Of a stretch of DNA of 64,000 nucleotides, positions 30,304 to 39,776 are shown piece by piece. The position numbers and the translations under genes are program-made. The notes beneath the pieces are model-generated. The model was not told where the DNA came from. It was given only the letters and a program-made list of their open reading frames with translations, and searched no databases. How positions within the stretch are numbered: the first letter of the stretch is position 1; every line of letters begins with the position of its first letter. This DNA is from Pseudomonadota bacterium (lineage in GTDB: Bacteria; Pseudomonadota; Gammaproteobacteria; UBA9214): positions 293,364 through 357,363 of the forward strand of contig JAWLAI010000005.1 in assembly GCA_041395565.1 (NCBI GenBank), written 5' to 3'.

Positions 30304-30687
30304 TCAGTTGTCAGCGGCACCCGCGTCGATCCACTGCCGGATAGTCTCGATCTCCCCGTCAGGGAGCGGCGCCTTGCCGTGCGGCATGGTGACAGTCAGG
30401 TGTTCCTTGCCGGTCAGCAGGATATAGAGCGAGCTGGTGCGGGCGGACCCCGGATGTACTACCGGGCCGTAATTGCTGCCCTGCATGACCGATTCATAGG
30501 TGTCCACCTGAAATCCGGTGGCCGTGGCGCCCGCACCGCCCGGCAGGTGGCATTCGGCACAATGCTTCTGCAGGATGGGATTCACGTCCGCCGCGAAGGA
30601 CACATCGCGCGCACCGGCGCCGCCGCAGGCCGCCAGGACCGCCGCCGTGGCGAGCAACAGTACGGGCTTTATGGGGCGTGTATGCAT
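30304..30687 (-). CDS. Small lipoprotein c-type cytochrome (Planctomycete-type PSCyt1-like domain)
   Basis: Lipobox LAAC, haem motif CAECH, and the pattern VNPILQKHCAECH...GPVVHPGSARTSSLY...MP...IRQWIDAGA. ATG at 30687 was chosen over the long ORF-track start. Confidence 0.75.
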   Translation of the reverse strand: MHTRPIKPVLLLATAAVLAACGGAGARDVSFAADVNPILQKHCAECHLPGGAGATATGFQVDTYESVMQGSNYGPVVHPGSARTSSLYILLTGKEHLTVTMPHGKAPLPDGEIETIRQWIDAGAADN

Positions 30688-30782
30688 GGTCGTTTCCGTC
30701 AGGCTGCCGTCTGCCGGCAGTTTATCACGCCTGTCCAGGAGCGATGCAGCAATTGCCGCGACATCCGCGCAGACAGGCCCGA

Positions 30783-31205
30783 TCACCCCTTGCCGGGGTA
30801 TTCCGGGTACACCGGCAGGCCGTCCCCGCCGCACGACCAGTGCGCGCGCGAGTCCCAGAAGATGCGCGCCTGCGGCACCATCGGCGGCTCGACGTCCAGC
30901 GAGCCCGCGGGCACCAGCACACCGTTGAGTTCGGGCACCACGCGTGGCATCGGACTGCCGCATTGCGGACAGAAACAGTTGCGGAACCGCTCCGCCTCGG
31001 GAACCTTGTAGCTGGCCAGCAACTCGCCGCCCGCGCTCCATTCGAGACTGTCTACGGGGCTGACCAGAAGATTACTGGCATGTCCGGTGCCGGTCGCCTT
31101 GCGGCAGCGCGAACAGTGACAGTGATAGAAACGCACCGCCTCGCCCCGCAGGGTATAGCGCAGGGTGCCGCACAGACAGCTGCCTTTGGCATCGATACGT
31201 GTCAT
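30783..31205 (-). CDS. GFA-family (CENP-V/glutathione-dependent formaldehyde-activating-like) zinc protein
   Basis: Cys pattern CLCG...CHCSRCRK...CPQCG is typical of the GFA family. Confidence 0.85.
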   Translation of the reverse strand: MTRIDAKGSCLCGTLRYTLRGEAVRFYHCHCSRCRKATGTGHASNLLVSPVDSLEWSAGGELLASYKVPEAERFRNCFCPQCGSPMPRVVPELNGVLVPAGSLDVEPPMVPQARIFWDSRAHWSCGGDGLPVYPEYPGKG

Positions 31206-31257
31206 ACGTCCGTTATAATCCGTGTGTCCCCAAAAGGGAAGCACGGAGCGGTTGCCG

Positions 31258-32322
31258 CTACAGCCATTTCCTGCGCCGGAAGAAGGCCAGCAGCAACACG
31301 GCAATCACCAGGCACGCCAGCCACAGCAGCGGATACGACCATTTCCAGCCCAGCTCCGGCATGAAGCGGAAGTTCATGCCGTAAATGCCGGTCAGGAATG
31401 TCAGCGGTATGAAGATGGTGGCAAACACCGTGAGCACCTTCATGATCTCGTTCATGCGGTTGCTGATGGTGGAATTGTAGATATCGAGCAGGCCGGTCAT
31501 TATGTCGCGATAGGTATCGATGGCATCGGTCGCACGCAGCACGTGATCCTGGATATCGCGGAAGTAGATATGCGTATCATCTGCGATCAGCTGCGAATCG
31601 CTGCGCAGGATGCCGTTGAGCAGTTCGCGCAGCGGCGACGCCGAACGGCGGATGAAGATCAGCTCGCGGCGGATGCGCTGGATGGTCGCCAGCGTCTCGA
31701 CCCCCGGGTTCGACAGCAGGTCGTTCTCCACGATTTCCACGATGCCATCGAGATAGTCCTGCAGGGCCAGGTAGTGATCGACCACCGCGTCGAGGATGGT
31801 GTAGGCCAGATAATCCGCGCCCCGGGCCCTGAAACGACCCTTGTGATTGCGTAGGCGGACCATGATCGGATCGAAGAAATCGTCCTGCTTTTCCTTGAAC
31901 GTGAAGACGAAATCCTCGAGGATCAGGATACTCACCTGTTCGTAGTTGACCGATACGCCGTCCGCAGCCGGGTAGATCACCTTGAACACTAGGAACAGGT
32001 AGTCGTCGTACTGCTCGAATTTGGGCCGCTGCTGGGTGTTCAGGATGTCCTCGAGCACCAGCGGATGGATATCGAATTCCCTGCCGATGGCCTCGATCAT
32101 CACCACATTGATCAGCCCTTCGACATTGACCCAGGTCACCGAATCGGTGTCGCGGTAGCGCACGATATCCTCGACACGGCGTGCCTCGGTCTCGGTGGTG
32201 CGTTCACGGGTGTAGTCGACAACCGTGATCCGGGTCTCGGTGGCCAGCACCTCGCCGACGTGGATCAGCGTGCCTGGCGGCAGGCCGGCCTTGCTGGATA
32301 TGCTGCCTGCGGATTCGCTCAT
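31258..32322 (-). CDS. corA: Magnesium/cobalt transporter
   Basis: C-terminal two TM segments with YGMNF (IYGMNFRFMPEL). Confidence 0.95.
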   Translation of the reverse strand: MSESAGSISSKAGLPPGTLIHVGEVLATETRITVVDYTRERTTETEARRVEDIVRYRDTDSVTWVNVEGLINVVMIEAIGREFDIHPLVLEDILNTQQRPKFEQYDDYLFLVFKVIYPAADGVSVNYEQVSILILEDFVFTFKEKQDDFFDPIMVRLRNHKGRFRARGADYLAYTILDAVVDHYLALQDYLDGIVEIVENDLLSNPGVETLATIQRIRRELIFIRRSASPLRELLNGILRSDSQLIADDTHIYFRDIQDHVLRATDAIDTYRDIMTGLLDIYNSTISNRMNEIMKVLTVFATIFIPLTFLTGIYGMNFRFMPELGWKWSYPLLWLACLVIAVLLLAFFRRRKWL

Positions 32323-32431
32323 GGTAGTTCCCCAACTATCGATACCAGGGGACAGACCACGCCTTGCCGCTGCCGGGCTGTGCTGTTATGACAGGCGGGC
32401 GTCGCCACGCGGTCGGTTCCTGCAGCAGATT

Positions 32432-32460
32432 ATATTATTGACAGGCCACGGACGTGGCAA
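32432..32460 (-). promoter_or_regulatory. Candidate sigma-70 promoter for corA
   Basis: The reverse strand reads TTGCCA-N17-TAATAT, about 110 nt upstream of the corA ATG. Confidence 0.4.
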
Positions 32461-32475
32461 TTTCAGCTGCGCGCC

Positions 32476-33348
32476 TCAGCCCAGCAGCGGCAGGTAGTGG
32501 TCGACCAGCAGGATGGCGAACATCGCCATCAGATACCAGATGGAATAGCCGAAGGTCTTCATGGCCACATCCCGCCCCTGCATGAGCTGTATGGCATAGC
32601 GCAGGAATACGGCGCCCAACAGCAACGCCCCGGCCAGGTAGAAATAGCCACTCATGTGCGTGGCAAAGGGCAGCACGCTGACCACCAGCAACATGATGGT
32701 GTAGAGCAGGATCTGCAGGCGGGTGAACGGAATGCCGTGCGTCACAGGCAGCATGGGGATATCGACCTTGGCATACTCGTCGCGCCGGTGGATGGCCAGT
32801 GCCCAGAAGTGCGGTGGTGTCCAGACAAAAATGATCAGAAACAGCAACAGTGCATGCGGATCGACCGTATCCGTGAGCGCGGCCCAGCCCAGTACCGGCG
32901 GCGCGGCGCCGGCGGCGCCGCCGATGACGATGTTCTGCGGGGTGGCACGCTTGAGGTACATGGTATAGACGATGGCGTAACCGACCAGCGAGACGAAGGT
33001 CAGTACCGCGGTCAGGACGTTGATACAGACTGCCAGAATCACCATCGAGAGCATGCCGAGCAAGGCTGCGAACACCAGGGCCTGGCGCTCGCTGACCTCG
33101 CCCTGCGGCAGCGGCCGGCGGTGGGTGCGTGCCATCTTCGCGTCCTCGCGCGCATCGAGCACGTGGTTGATCGCCGCGGCCGCCGCCGCGGCCATGCCGA
33201 TGCCGAGGTTACCCAGCAGCAGGACGTCCCACGGCACCATGCCCGGTGGCACGGTAGCGAGGAACATGCCGACCATCGCGGTGAACACGATCAGTGCCAC
33301 GACCTTCAGCTTGCATAGGCCCAGGTAACTTTTAAGCCGCTTGATCAT
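32476..33348 (-). CDS. ctaB: Protoheme IX farnesyltransferase (heme O synthase)
   Basis: UbiA-superfamily polytopic protein ([20 protein letters not shown]) within the oxidase assembly cluster. Confidence 0.9.
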   Translation of the reverse strand: MIKRLKSYLGLCKLKVVALIVFTAMVGMFLATVPPGMVPWDVLLLGNLGIGMAAAAAAAINHVLDAREDAKMARTHRRPLPQGEVSERQALVFAALLGMLSMVILAVCINVLTAVLTFVSLVGYAIVYTMYLKRATPQNIVIGGAAGAAPPVLGWAALTDTVDPHALLLFLIIFVWTPPHFWALAIHRRDEYAKVDIPMLPVTHGIPFTRLQILLYTIMLLVVSVLPFATHMSGYFYLAGALLLGAVFLRYAIQLMQGRDVAMKTFGYSIWYLMAMFAILLVDHYLPLLG

Positions 33349-33357
33349 CGGCGTGCT

Positions 33358-34020
33358 TCAGCCTATCCGCGAGTATTTCAGCAGCTTCTGCAGGTCTTTG
33401 AGCATGCCCGAGGGATCGGCATCCGGACCGTAGTACATCATGAGATTGCCCAGCGGGTCGATGAAATAGATGCGCTCCGCGCCCTCCATCGTGGCGCCGT
33501 CGATGTCGAAGAACGGCGCAATCTGACCGGCCTGCGCGGCGCTGATCGGCGTCACGGCCAGGTCCCGGTAATCCTGCTGCAGCATACCGTCGAGCTGCGG
33601 CGGTACCGCGTCGCCCTGCAACAGGTACAGCGTCTGTACCCGTTTCATGTTCTCGTTCTGTGCGATACGGATCTGGCGCATCTTGTACAGGTTGCCGCGG
33701 CAGGTCTCGCCGCAGTCGGCGCCACCGATGTAGAGCAGCGTCCACTTGCCCTGCAGGAAATCGTTCAACGGCTGCGCACCTGCCGCCAGCTCCGCCGGCA
33801 GCGTCAGCGGGCGCGCTGGATGCACCAGGCTGCCTCTGTTGGTCATGCCTTCCGGACGCCACCCGCCGTCACCGCTGTGGTGCATCACCCAGGCGACGAA
33901 GGCCGGCGCCAGGAAAATCAGTCCGAGCACCACGAATGCCTGGCGCGAAGTGAGAAAACCGCGTTGCCACCGCCGCGCACGGGCGACGTGCTTCCTGTCA
34001 GCTTGCTGTTTCATTGCCAT
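33358..34020 (-). CDS. SCO1/SenC-family copper chaperone
   Basis: TM anchor plus a thioredoxin-like domain with CxxxC (GGADCGETC). Overlaps the SURF1 stop. Confidence 0.85.
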   Translation of the reverse strand: MAMKQQADRKHVARARRWQRGFLTSRQAFVVLGLIFLAPAFVAWVMHHSGDGGWRPEGMTNRGSLVHPARPLTLPAELAAGAQPLNDFLQGKWTLLYIGGADCGETCRGNLYKMRQIRIAQNENMKRVQTLYLLQGDAVPPQLDGMLQQDYRDLAVTPISAAQAGQIAPFFDIDGATMEGAERIYFIDPLGNLMMYYGPDADPSGMLKDLQKLLKYSRIG

Positions 34021-34756
34021 CCGTACCGTCTTTGTCGATGCGTCGTGTATTCACGCCGATATAGATTGCGGCCAGCACCAGCGCCAGGGTCAGCCATTGC
34101 AGGGCATAGGCCCGGTGCTTGTCGGGTGTCACACCATATACCGGCTGCCAGTCACGGCGGAAACCGTGCGCGTCCGCGCTGTCCAGCAGCAGGAACACCG
34201 GCTGCAGCGGGTAGCCCAGCAGGCTGGCGCAGTGTGCCAGCTCCGGCTGCTGCACCACCCGGGGCCAGCCCGTCTGTTCCTCCTCGGCGTCCGACAGCCG
34301 GAAGATCTTCTCCGGCGGCAGCTTGATCGTGGCATGGACCCGGACTTCAGCGGTGCTGCCCGGCAGCGCCGGCAGCACGCTGCGGTCCGGACTGGCCGGC
34401 ACCCAGCCGCGGTTAACCAGCACTGCGGCACCGCCGGCAACCGGCTGCAGCGGGGTCAGCACCTCGTAGCCCGGATGCCCCTGCCACATGCGGTTGTCCA
34501 GCAGCAGCTGGTGGTCGAGATCATAATGTCCACTGATCACTACTCGCCGGTACTGGTCATCCGGCGCAAACGGCTGCAGCGTTGCCAGCTCCACCGGCGC
34601 CAGGGCAGCGCGCGCGGCATTGGCGTCGATCAGACCCTGCTTCCATTCGGCACGCTGCAGCTGCCAGACCCCCAGACCGACCAGCAGCGGCAGGAGCGCC
34701 AGCGTGGCCAGCGTCGGCCAGAGACCGGGGCGGAAGCGGTAATGGCCGAATCTCAC
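33998..34756 (-). CDS. SURF1-family cytochrome oxidase assembly protein
   Basis: Two terminal TM segments flank a periplasmic domain (LGVWQLQRAEWKQGLI...VLVNRGWVP). Confidence 0.85.
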   Translation of the reverse strand: MRFGHYRFRPGLWPTLATLALLPLLVGLGVWQLQRAEWKQGLIDANAARAALAPVELATLQPFAPDDQYRRVVISGHYDLDHQLLLDNRMWQGHPGYEVLTPLQPVAGGAAVLVNRGWVPASPDRSVLPALPGSTAEVRVHATIKLPPEKIFRLSDAEEEQTGWPRVVQQPELAHCASLLGYPLQPVFLLLDSADAHGFRRDWQPVYGVTPDKHRAYALQWLTLALVLAAIYIGVNTRRIDKDGTDGNETAS

Positions 34757-34812
34757 CGCTGCTCCCGATTTGCTATAATGCCCGGCAGCGTCGTCAATCC
34801 CGGATTCCCGCC

Positions 34813-35028
34813 ATGGTTACCAAAATCATCATCGTCCTGTTCCTGTTCACCATTCTGGGCAGCCTGTTCAGCGGTCTGTTCTACCTCGTCAAGGACAAGG
34901 GCACCTCCGAACGCACCGTGCGTGCACTCACCGTACGCATCAGCCTGTCGGTACTGCTGTTCGTGCTGCTGATGATCGGCTATGCCACCGGCATCCTGCA
35001 ACCGCACGGGGTTGTGCCTGCGGGTTGA
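34813..35028 (+). CDS. Twin-TM small protein (DUF2909-like)
   Basis: MVTKIIIVLFLFTILGSLFSGLFYLVKDKG...SVLLFVLLMIGYATGIL. Typical position between SURF1 and coxC. ATG at 34813 lies inside a longer ORF-track frame. Confidence 0.7.
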   Translation: MVTKIIIVLFLFTILGSLFSGLFYLVKDKGTSERTVRALTVRISLSVLLFVLLMIGYATGILQPHGVVPAG

Positions 35029-35182
35029 CGGTACCGTTGCATACGCGCATTCCTGCGCCCCCGCACAGCCGGCTGCGATGCAACGCGATATTGCGTTTGC
35101 CTCGGTAGCTACGCTGCACCTGCACCCGTAGGGACGGACTCCATCCGCGACCAGCATCCAGTCGCCGCCACAACCCCGCAAC

Positions 35183-35211
35183 AAAAAGGGCGCTGCAAGC
35201 AGCGCCCTTTT
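35183..35211. terminator. Bidirectional intrinsic terminator
   Basis: AAAAA-GGGCGCTGC-AA-GCAGCGCCC-TTTT lies between the convergent DUF2909 gene and coxC. Confidence 0.8.
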
Positions 35212-35231
35212 GCAGGCCCGCTCGCGCGCGC

Positions 35232-36095
35232 CTAGGCCAGCCAGTACACGAACACGAACAGTCCCAGCCAGACCACGTCGACGAAGTGCCAGTACCAGGC
35301 CACCGCTTCGAAGGCGAAGTGATGCTCTGCGCTGAAGTGCCCTTTCATGCTGCGCAACAGGATCACCAGCAGCATCGTCGCGCCCAGCGTGACATGCAGG
35401 CCATGGAATCCGGTCAGCATGAAGAAGGTCGTGCCATAGATACCGCTTTTCAGGGTCAGGTTCAGCTCGGAATAGGCATGATGGTATTCATACGCCTGCA
35501 GCCCGAGGAACAGGAAGCCGAGTGCAACGGTGGCCATCAGCCCCAGGATCAGCTGGGTGCGATCGTTCTTCTTCAGGCCCCAGTGTGCCCAGGTGACGGT
35601 CACGCCTGACGACAGCAGGATCATGGTGTTGATTGCGGGAATGCCCCAGGCATGCATCATCTCGAACGCACCGCCGACGTTGCCGGGACCGTTGGTCGGC
35701 CAGGTGGCATCGAATCCCTTCCACAGCAGCTCGTTGGTCATGGCGTTGTTGCCGCCACCGCCAAGCCACGGTATCGCGTACATGCGCGCATAGAACAGTG
35801 CGCCGAAGAAGGCCGCGAAGAACATCACCTCGGAGAAGATGAACCAGCCCATGCTCCAGCGGAATGACATGTCGACCTGCGCATTGTATTTCCCGCTGAC
35901 ACTCTCGCCGATTACGGTTCCGAACCAACCGAACAGCATGAGAATAAGCACGGCCGCGCCGGCCGCCATGATCAGCCAGGTTCCGCCATGCAGGAAATTG
36001 GCGAATCCGAACAACAGCAGGAACATGCCCACGGAGCCGACGATGGGCCAGTGGCTGGGTTCCGGCAGGTAGTAACCCCCTTTGGTCGCTGACAT
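35232..36095 (-). CDS. coxC: Cytochrome c oxidase subunit III
   Basis: 7-TM Cox3 sequence (HGLHVTLGATMLLV...WYWHFVDVVWL). Confidence 0.95.
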   Translation of the reverse strand: MSATKGGYYLPEPSHWPIVGSVGMFLLLFGFANFLHGGTWLIMAAGAAVLILMLFGWFGTVIGESVSGKYNAQVDMSFRWSMGWFIFSEVMFFAAFFGALFYARMYAIPWLGGGGNNAMTNELLWKGFDATWPTNGPGNVGGAFEMMHAWGIPAINTMILLSSGVTVTWAHWGLKKNDRTQLILGLMATVALGFLFLGLQAYEYHHAYSELNLTLKSGIYGTTFFMLTGFHGLHVTLGATMLLVILLRSMKGHFSAEHHFAFEAVAWYWHFVDVVWLGLFVFVYWLA

Positions 36096-36205
36096 TGGTA
36101 ACTCCCTCTCTAGTACAAGTTGTTAACTTTTCTGGTGTCGGGGCGTAACGCCCGGCCCACCTCTGATCTGTACACACGCAACCGGATGGCACAGGCCATC
36201 CGCGA

Positions 36206-36793
36206 CTACATGATGGTATCGAGCTTGCCCTGTTCCATCGAAACGGTCTCCGCCGGTTTCGCATCCTGCGCCGGAAAGAAGGTGTACGAGAGTGAAACCC
36301 GCACCACCTTGTCCGGCAGCGCCGGATCGACCACGAACCGGATGGGCATCTCCTTCGCCTCGCCTGCCGCGAGCGTCTGCTGAGTGAAGCAGAAACACTC
36401 GGTCTTGTTGAAATACTTCGCTGCCTGGCCCGGGGCCAAACTCGGCACCGCCTGGCCGACGATCGCATGGTCGGCGGTATTGCGCGCGAAATAATGCACT
36501 TCGGTCACTTCGCCCGGATGCACCTTGACACTGTGCACGAGCGGCCGGAATTCCCATGGCAGGTCGCTGTTCGCACGGCCGAGAAACTCCACCGTCACCA
36601 GCCGCCCCGCATCGACTTCCGACGACAGCGAGCGCTCCAGCTCGATCCGACCGGTTTTGCCGTTCAGACCCGTGATGTCGCAGAACACATCGTATAGCGG
36701 CACCAGTGCGAAGCCGAAACCGAACATCAGCATGGCAACGATGCCAAGCTTTCTGACGGTGCGGCGGTTGGCCTGGTTGCGGGTGTCTTCCAT
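36206..36793 (-). CDS. ctaG: Cytochrome c oxidase assembly protein Cox11/CtaG
   Basis: VPLYDVFCDITG and CFCF motifs. ATG at 36793. Confidence 0.9.
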   Translation of the reverse strand: MEDTRNQANRRTVRKLGIVAMLMFGFGFALVPLYDVFCDITGLNGKTGRIELERSLSSEVDAGRLVTVEFLGRANSDLPWEFRPLVHSVKVHPGEVTEVHYFARNTADHAIVGQAVPSLAPGQAAKYFNKTECFCFTQQTLAAGEAKEMPIRFVVDPALPDKVVRVSLSYTFFPAQDAKPAETVSMEQGKLDTIM

Positions 36794-36800
36794 CACGCGC

Positions 36801-36920
36801 TCAGTTCGACAAGGCAAAGAAGCTGGCCACGAAAAAACCCAGCGCAATCAGCACGAGCACGATGACGGTTAGCGTCAGGCGTGTATTGGAATGCTGCGTC
36901 GTATTGCCTTGCTGCGTCAT
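36801..36920 (-). CDS. 39-aa single-TM micro-ORF between coxA and ctaG (absent from ORF track)
   Basis: MTQQGNTTQHSNTRLTLTVIVLVLIALGFFVASFFALSN. GC3-rich codons. It fills the coxA-ctaG gap, where small oxidase-associated peptides are often annotated. Confidence 0.45.
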   Translation of the reverse strand: MTQQGNTTQHSNTRLTLTVIVLVLIALGFFVASFFALSN

Positions 36921-36977
36921 TTCATTCGCTCTGCAGACAGCGCGGGTGCACGGGGCTGCGCCCGTGCACCCGGCCGG

Positions 36978-38552
36978 TTACTTGACTTCCGGTGCCGTCT
37001 CGAAGGTGTGGTACGGCGCCGGGGACGGTACCGTCCACTCCAGGCCGTGCGCACCTTCCCAGACCTGGCCGGTGGCCTTCGCGCCGCCCTTGATGGTCTT
37101 GATCACGATGAACAGGAAGAACACCTGGGCGAGGCCGAAAGCGAACCCGCCGATACTGGAGACCATGTTCCAGTCCGCGAACTGCAGCGAGTAGTCCGGG
37201 ATGCGGCGCGGCATGCCGGCCAGCCCGATGAAGTGCTGCGGGAAGAACAGCACGTTCACGGAGATCACGGACCACCAGAAGTGGATCTTGCCGAGACGCT
37301 CGTCGATCATGTGACCGGTCCATTTCGGCGCCCAGTAGTAGAAGGCGGCGATGATCGCGAACAGCGCGCCGGTCACCAGCACGTAGTGGAAGTGTGCCAC
37401 GATGAAGTAGGTGTCGTGGTACTGCATGTCGGCCGGCGCCACGCCCATCATCAGGCCGGTGAAACCGCCGATGGTGAACAGGAACACGAACGCGATCGCC
37501 CACAGCATCGGGGTCTCGAAGGTCATGGAGCCGCGCCACATGGTAGCGGTCCAGTTGAACACCTTCACCGCGGTCGGCACCGCGATCATGACGGTGGCGT
37601 ACATGAAGTACAGCTCACCGGCGACCGGCATGCCCGTGGTGAACATGTGGTGTGCGTATACGATGAAGGACAGGAAGGCGATCGAGGCGGTCGCGTACAC
37701 CATGGAGCTGTAACCGAACAGCTTCTTGCGGGCGAAGGTCGGGATGATCTCGGAGATCACGCCGAACGCCGGCAGGATCATGATGTACACCTCGGGATGG
37801 CCGAAGAACCAGAACACGTGCTGGAACAGCACCGGATCACCGCCGCCGGCCGCGCTGAAGAAGCTGGTGCCGAAATTGCGGTCGGTGAGCATCATGGTGA
37901 CGGCGCCGGCCAGCACCGGCATCACGGCGATCAGCAGGAACGCGGTGATGAACCAGGTCCACACGAACAGCGGCATCTTCATCAGCGTCATGCCCGGGGC
38001 GCGCATGTTGAGCACGGCGGCGATGATGTTGATGGAACCCATGATGGAGGAGAAGCCCAGCATGTGCACCGCGAAGATGAAGAAGTCGGTGCTCTTCGGG
38101 GCGAAGGTGGTGGACAGCGGCGCGTAGAAGGTCCAGCCGAAGGCCGGACCGCCGCCTTCCATGAACAGCGTGGAAACCAGCATGGTGCCCGCGAACGGCA
38201 GGATCCAGAAGCTCCAGTTGTTCATGCGCGGCAGCGCCATGTCGGGAGCGCCGATCATCATCGGGATCTGCCAGTTGGCCAGGCCGACCATGGCCGGCAT
38301 GATGGCGCCGAACACCATGATCAGTCCATGCATGGTGGTCATGGTGTTGAAGAATTGCGGTTCAACGAACTGCATGCCGGGCTGGAACAGCTCGGCACGG
38401 ATCACCATGGCCATCGCGCCGCCGATCAGCAGCATGATGAAGGAGAACCACAGGTACAGGGTACCAATGTCCTTGTGGTTGGTGGTGGTGATCCAGCGCA
38501 TCAGGCCGCTGGGTGCACCGTGGTGATGTGCGTCGTGTGTCGTTGCGCTCAT
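36978..38552 (-). CDS. coxA: Cytochrome c oxidase subunit I (aa3-type)
   Basis: Unambiguous Cox1 sequence (WFFGHPEVYIMILPAFG, HHMFTTG, AHFHYVL). Confidence 0.97.
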   Translation of the reverse strand: MSATTHDAHHHGAPSGLMRWITTTNHKDIGTLYLWFSFIMLLIGGAMAMVIRAELFQPGMQFVEPQFFNTMTTMHGLIMVFGAIMPAMVGLANWQIPMMIGAPDMALPRMNNWSFWILPFAGTMLVSTLFMEGGGPAFGWTFYAPLSTTFAPKSTDFFIFAVHMLGFSSIMGSINIIAAVLNMRAPGMTLMKMPLFVWTWFITAFLLIAVMPVLAGAVTMMLTDRNFGTSFFSAAGGGDPVLFQHVFWFFGHPEVYIMILPAFGVISEIIPTFARKKLFGYSSMVYATASIAFLSFIVYAHHMFTTGMPVAGELYFMYATVMIAVPTAVKVFNWTATMWRGSMTFETPMLWAIAFVFLFTIGGFTGLMMGVAPADMQYHDTYFIVAHFHYVLVTGALFAIIAAFYYWAPKWTGHMIDERLGKIHFWWSVISVNVLFFPQHFIGLAGMPRRIPDYSLQFADWNMVSSIGGFAFGLAQVFFLFIVIKTIKGGAKATGQVWEGAHGLEWTVPSPAPYHTFETAPEVK

Positions 38553-38586
38553 TTGTAATTACCTCTGGTTATATCCCTGAATGCTT

Positions 38587-38808
38587 TTAGCGTGCAGCCG
38601 CGATATCTGACGGCTGGACCATGTCGCCCTTGTTATTGCCAAAGCCATTACGCTCGAACGTGATCACGGCCGCGAGCTCGGCGTCCCCCAGCTGCTGGCC
38701 GAAGGCCTGCATGGCGGTACCGGCCTTGCCGTGGATGACGATGTTCATGTGACCGGCGACATCACCGGTGGCGATGGCGCTGCCGGCGATGGCCGGGAAC
38801 ACGCCCGG
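38587..38808 (-). pseudogene. coxB: Out-of-frame 3' part of coxB: distal half of its C-terminal cytochrome c domain
   Basis: A second frame reads PGVFPAIAGSAIATGDVAGHMNIVIHGKAGTAMQAFG... This is the continuation expected after the CAACH haem motif, which sits in the main coxB frame. Confidence 0.6.
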
Positions 38809-39716
38809 GCTTGCCGGTGGGCCTGGTGGCAGGCCGCACAGGTGGTGCTGTAGACCTGCTCGCCCTTGGCCATCAGCTCGTCCATGGTCCAGGTCTTGCC
38901 GGCTGCCTCGGCCGCAGCGGCCTTGGCACCTTTCTGCTCGGCAACCCAGGCATCGTAATCCTCCTGGGTCTTGGCAACCAGCACGATGGGCATGAAGCCA
39001 TGATCCTTGCCGCACAGCTCCGCACACTTGCCGCGGTACAGGCCCGGCTCCTTGAGCTCGGTCCAGGCATCGTTGATGAATCCGGGAATCGCATCCTGCT
39101 TCCAGCCGAGATCGGGTACCCACCAAGAGTGGATCACGTCGTTGGAGGTGATCAGGAAACGGATCTTCTTGTTGATCGGCACCACGATCGGGTTGTCGAC
39201 CTCCAGCAGGTAGTGCTCACCCTTGGCGGCGGCGCCCTCGATCTGATCGCGCGGGGTGGTGAGCGTACTGAAAAAGCTGATGTCCTCGTCCAGGTAGTCG
39301 TATTTCCACTTCCACTGGTAACCCGTGACCTGGATCGACATATCGGAGTCGCGGGTGTCCTCGAGGGCCAGCAGGGTCTTGGTGGCCGGCACGGCCATGC
39401 CGACCAGGATCAGGAACGGGATGGTGGTCCAGATGATCTCCACGGTGGTGCTCTCGTGGAATGTCGCGGGGACGGCGCCCTTGGACTTGCGGTGATTCAT
39501 GATGGAGTAGATCAGCACGGCGAACACGCCCAGACAGACCACCACGCAGATCCAGAAAATCAGCATGTGCAGGTTGTAGACCTTGTGGCTGATTTCGGTG
39601 ACCCCTTGCCGGAGATTCAGCGTATCGGAAAAGCCGGCAAAGGCATTGCCCGCCGACAGCAGGATGGCCGCGCCCCAGAGACCGCACAGGGTGCGTCTTA
39701 GTGTGTTAGCAAACAT
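38745..39716 (-). CDS. coxB: Cytochrome c oxidase subunit II (CuA domain plus start of a fused cytochrome c domain); frame breaks after CAACHQ
   Basis: Signal peptide and two TM segments. CuA site HSWWVPDLG...CAELCGKDHGFM, then ...YSTTCAACHQ followed by a low-complexity out-of-frame tail. Confidence 0.9.
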   Translation of the reverse strand: MFANTLRRTLCGLWGAAILLSAGNAFAGFSDTLNLRQGVTEISHKVYNLHMLIFWICVVVCLGVFAVLIYSIMNHRKSKGAVPATFHESTTVEIIWTTIPFLILVGMAVPATKTLLALEDTRDSDMSIQVTGYQWKWKYDYLDEDISFFSTLTTPRDQIEGAAAKGEHYLLEVDNPIVVPINKKIRFLITSNDVIHSWWVPDLGWKQDAIPGFINDAWTELKEPGLYRGKCAELCGKDHGFMPIVLVAKTQEDYDAWVAEQKGAKAAAAEAAGKTWTMDELMAKGEQVYSTTCAACHQAHRQARACSRPSPAAPSPPVMSPVT

Positions 39717-39776
39717 GCATTACTCTCCCTAAGACCAAGTTATCGATATTTCTAAAATCACACGCACCGGCAGCGG

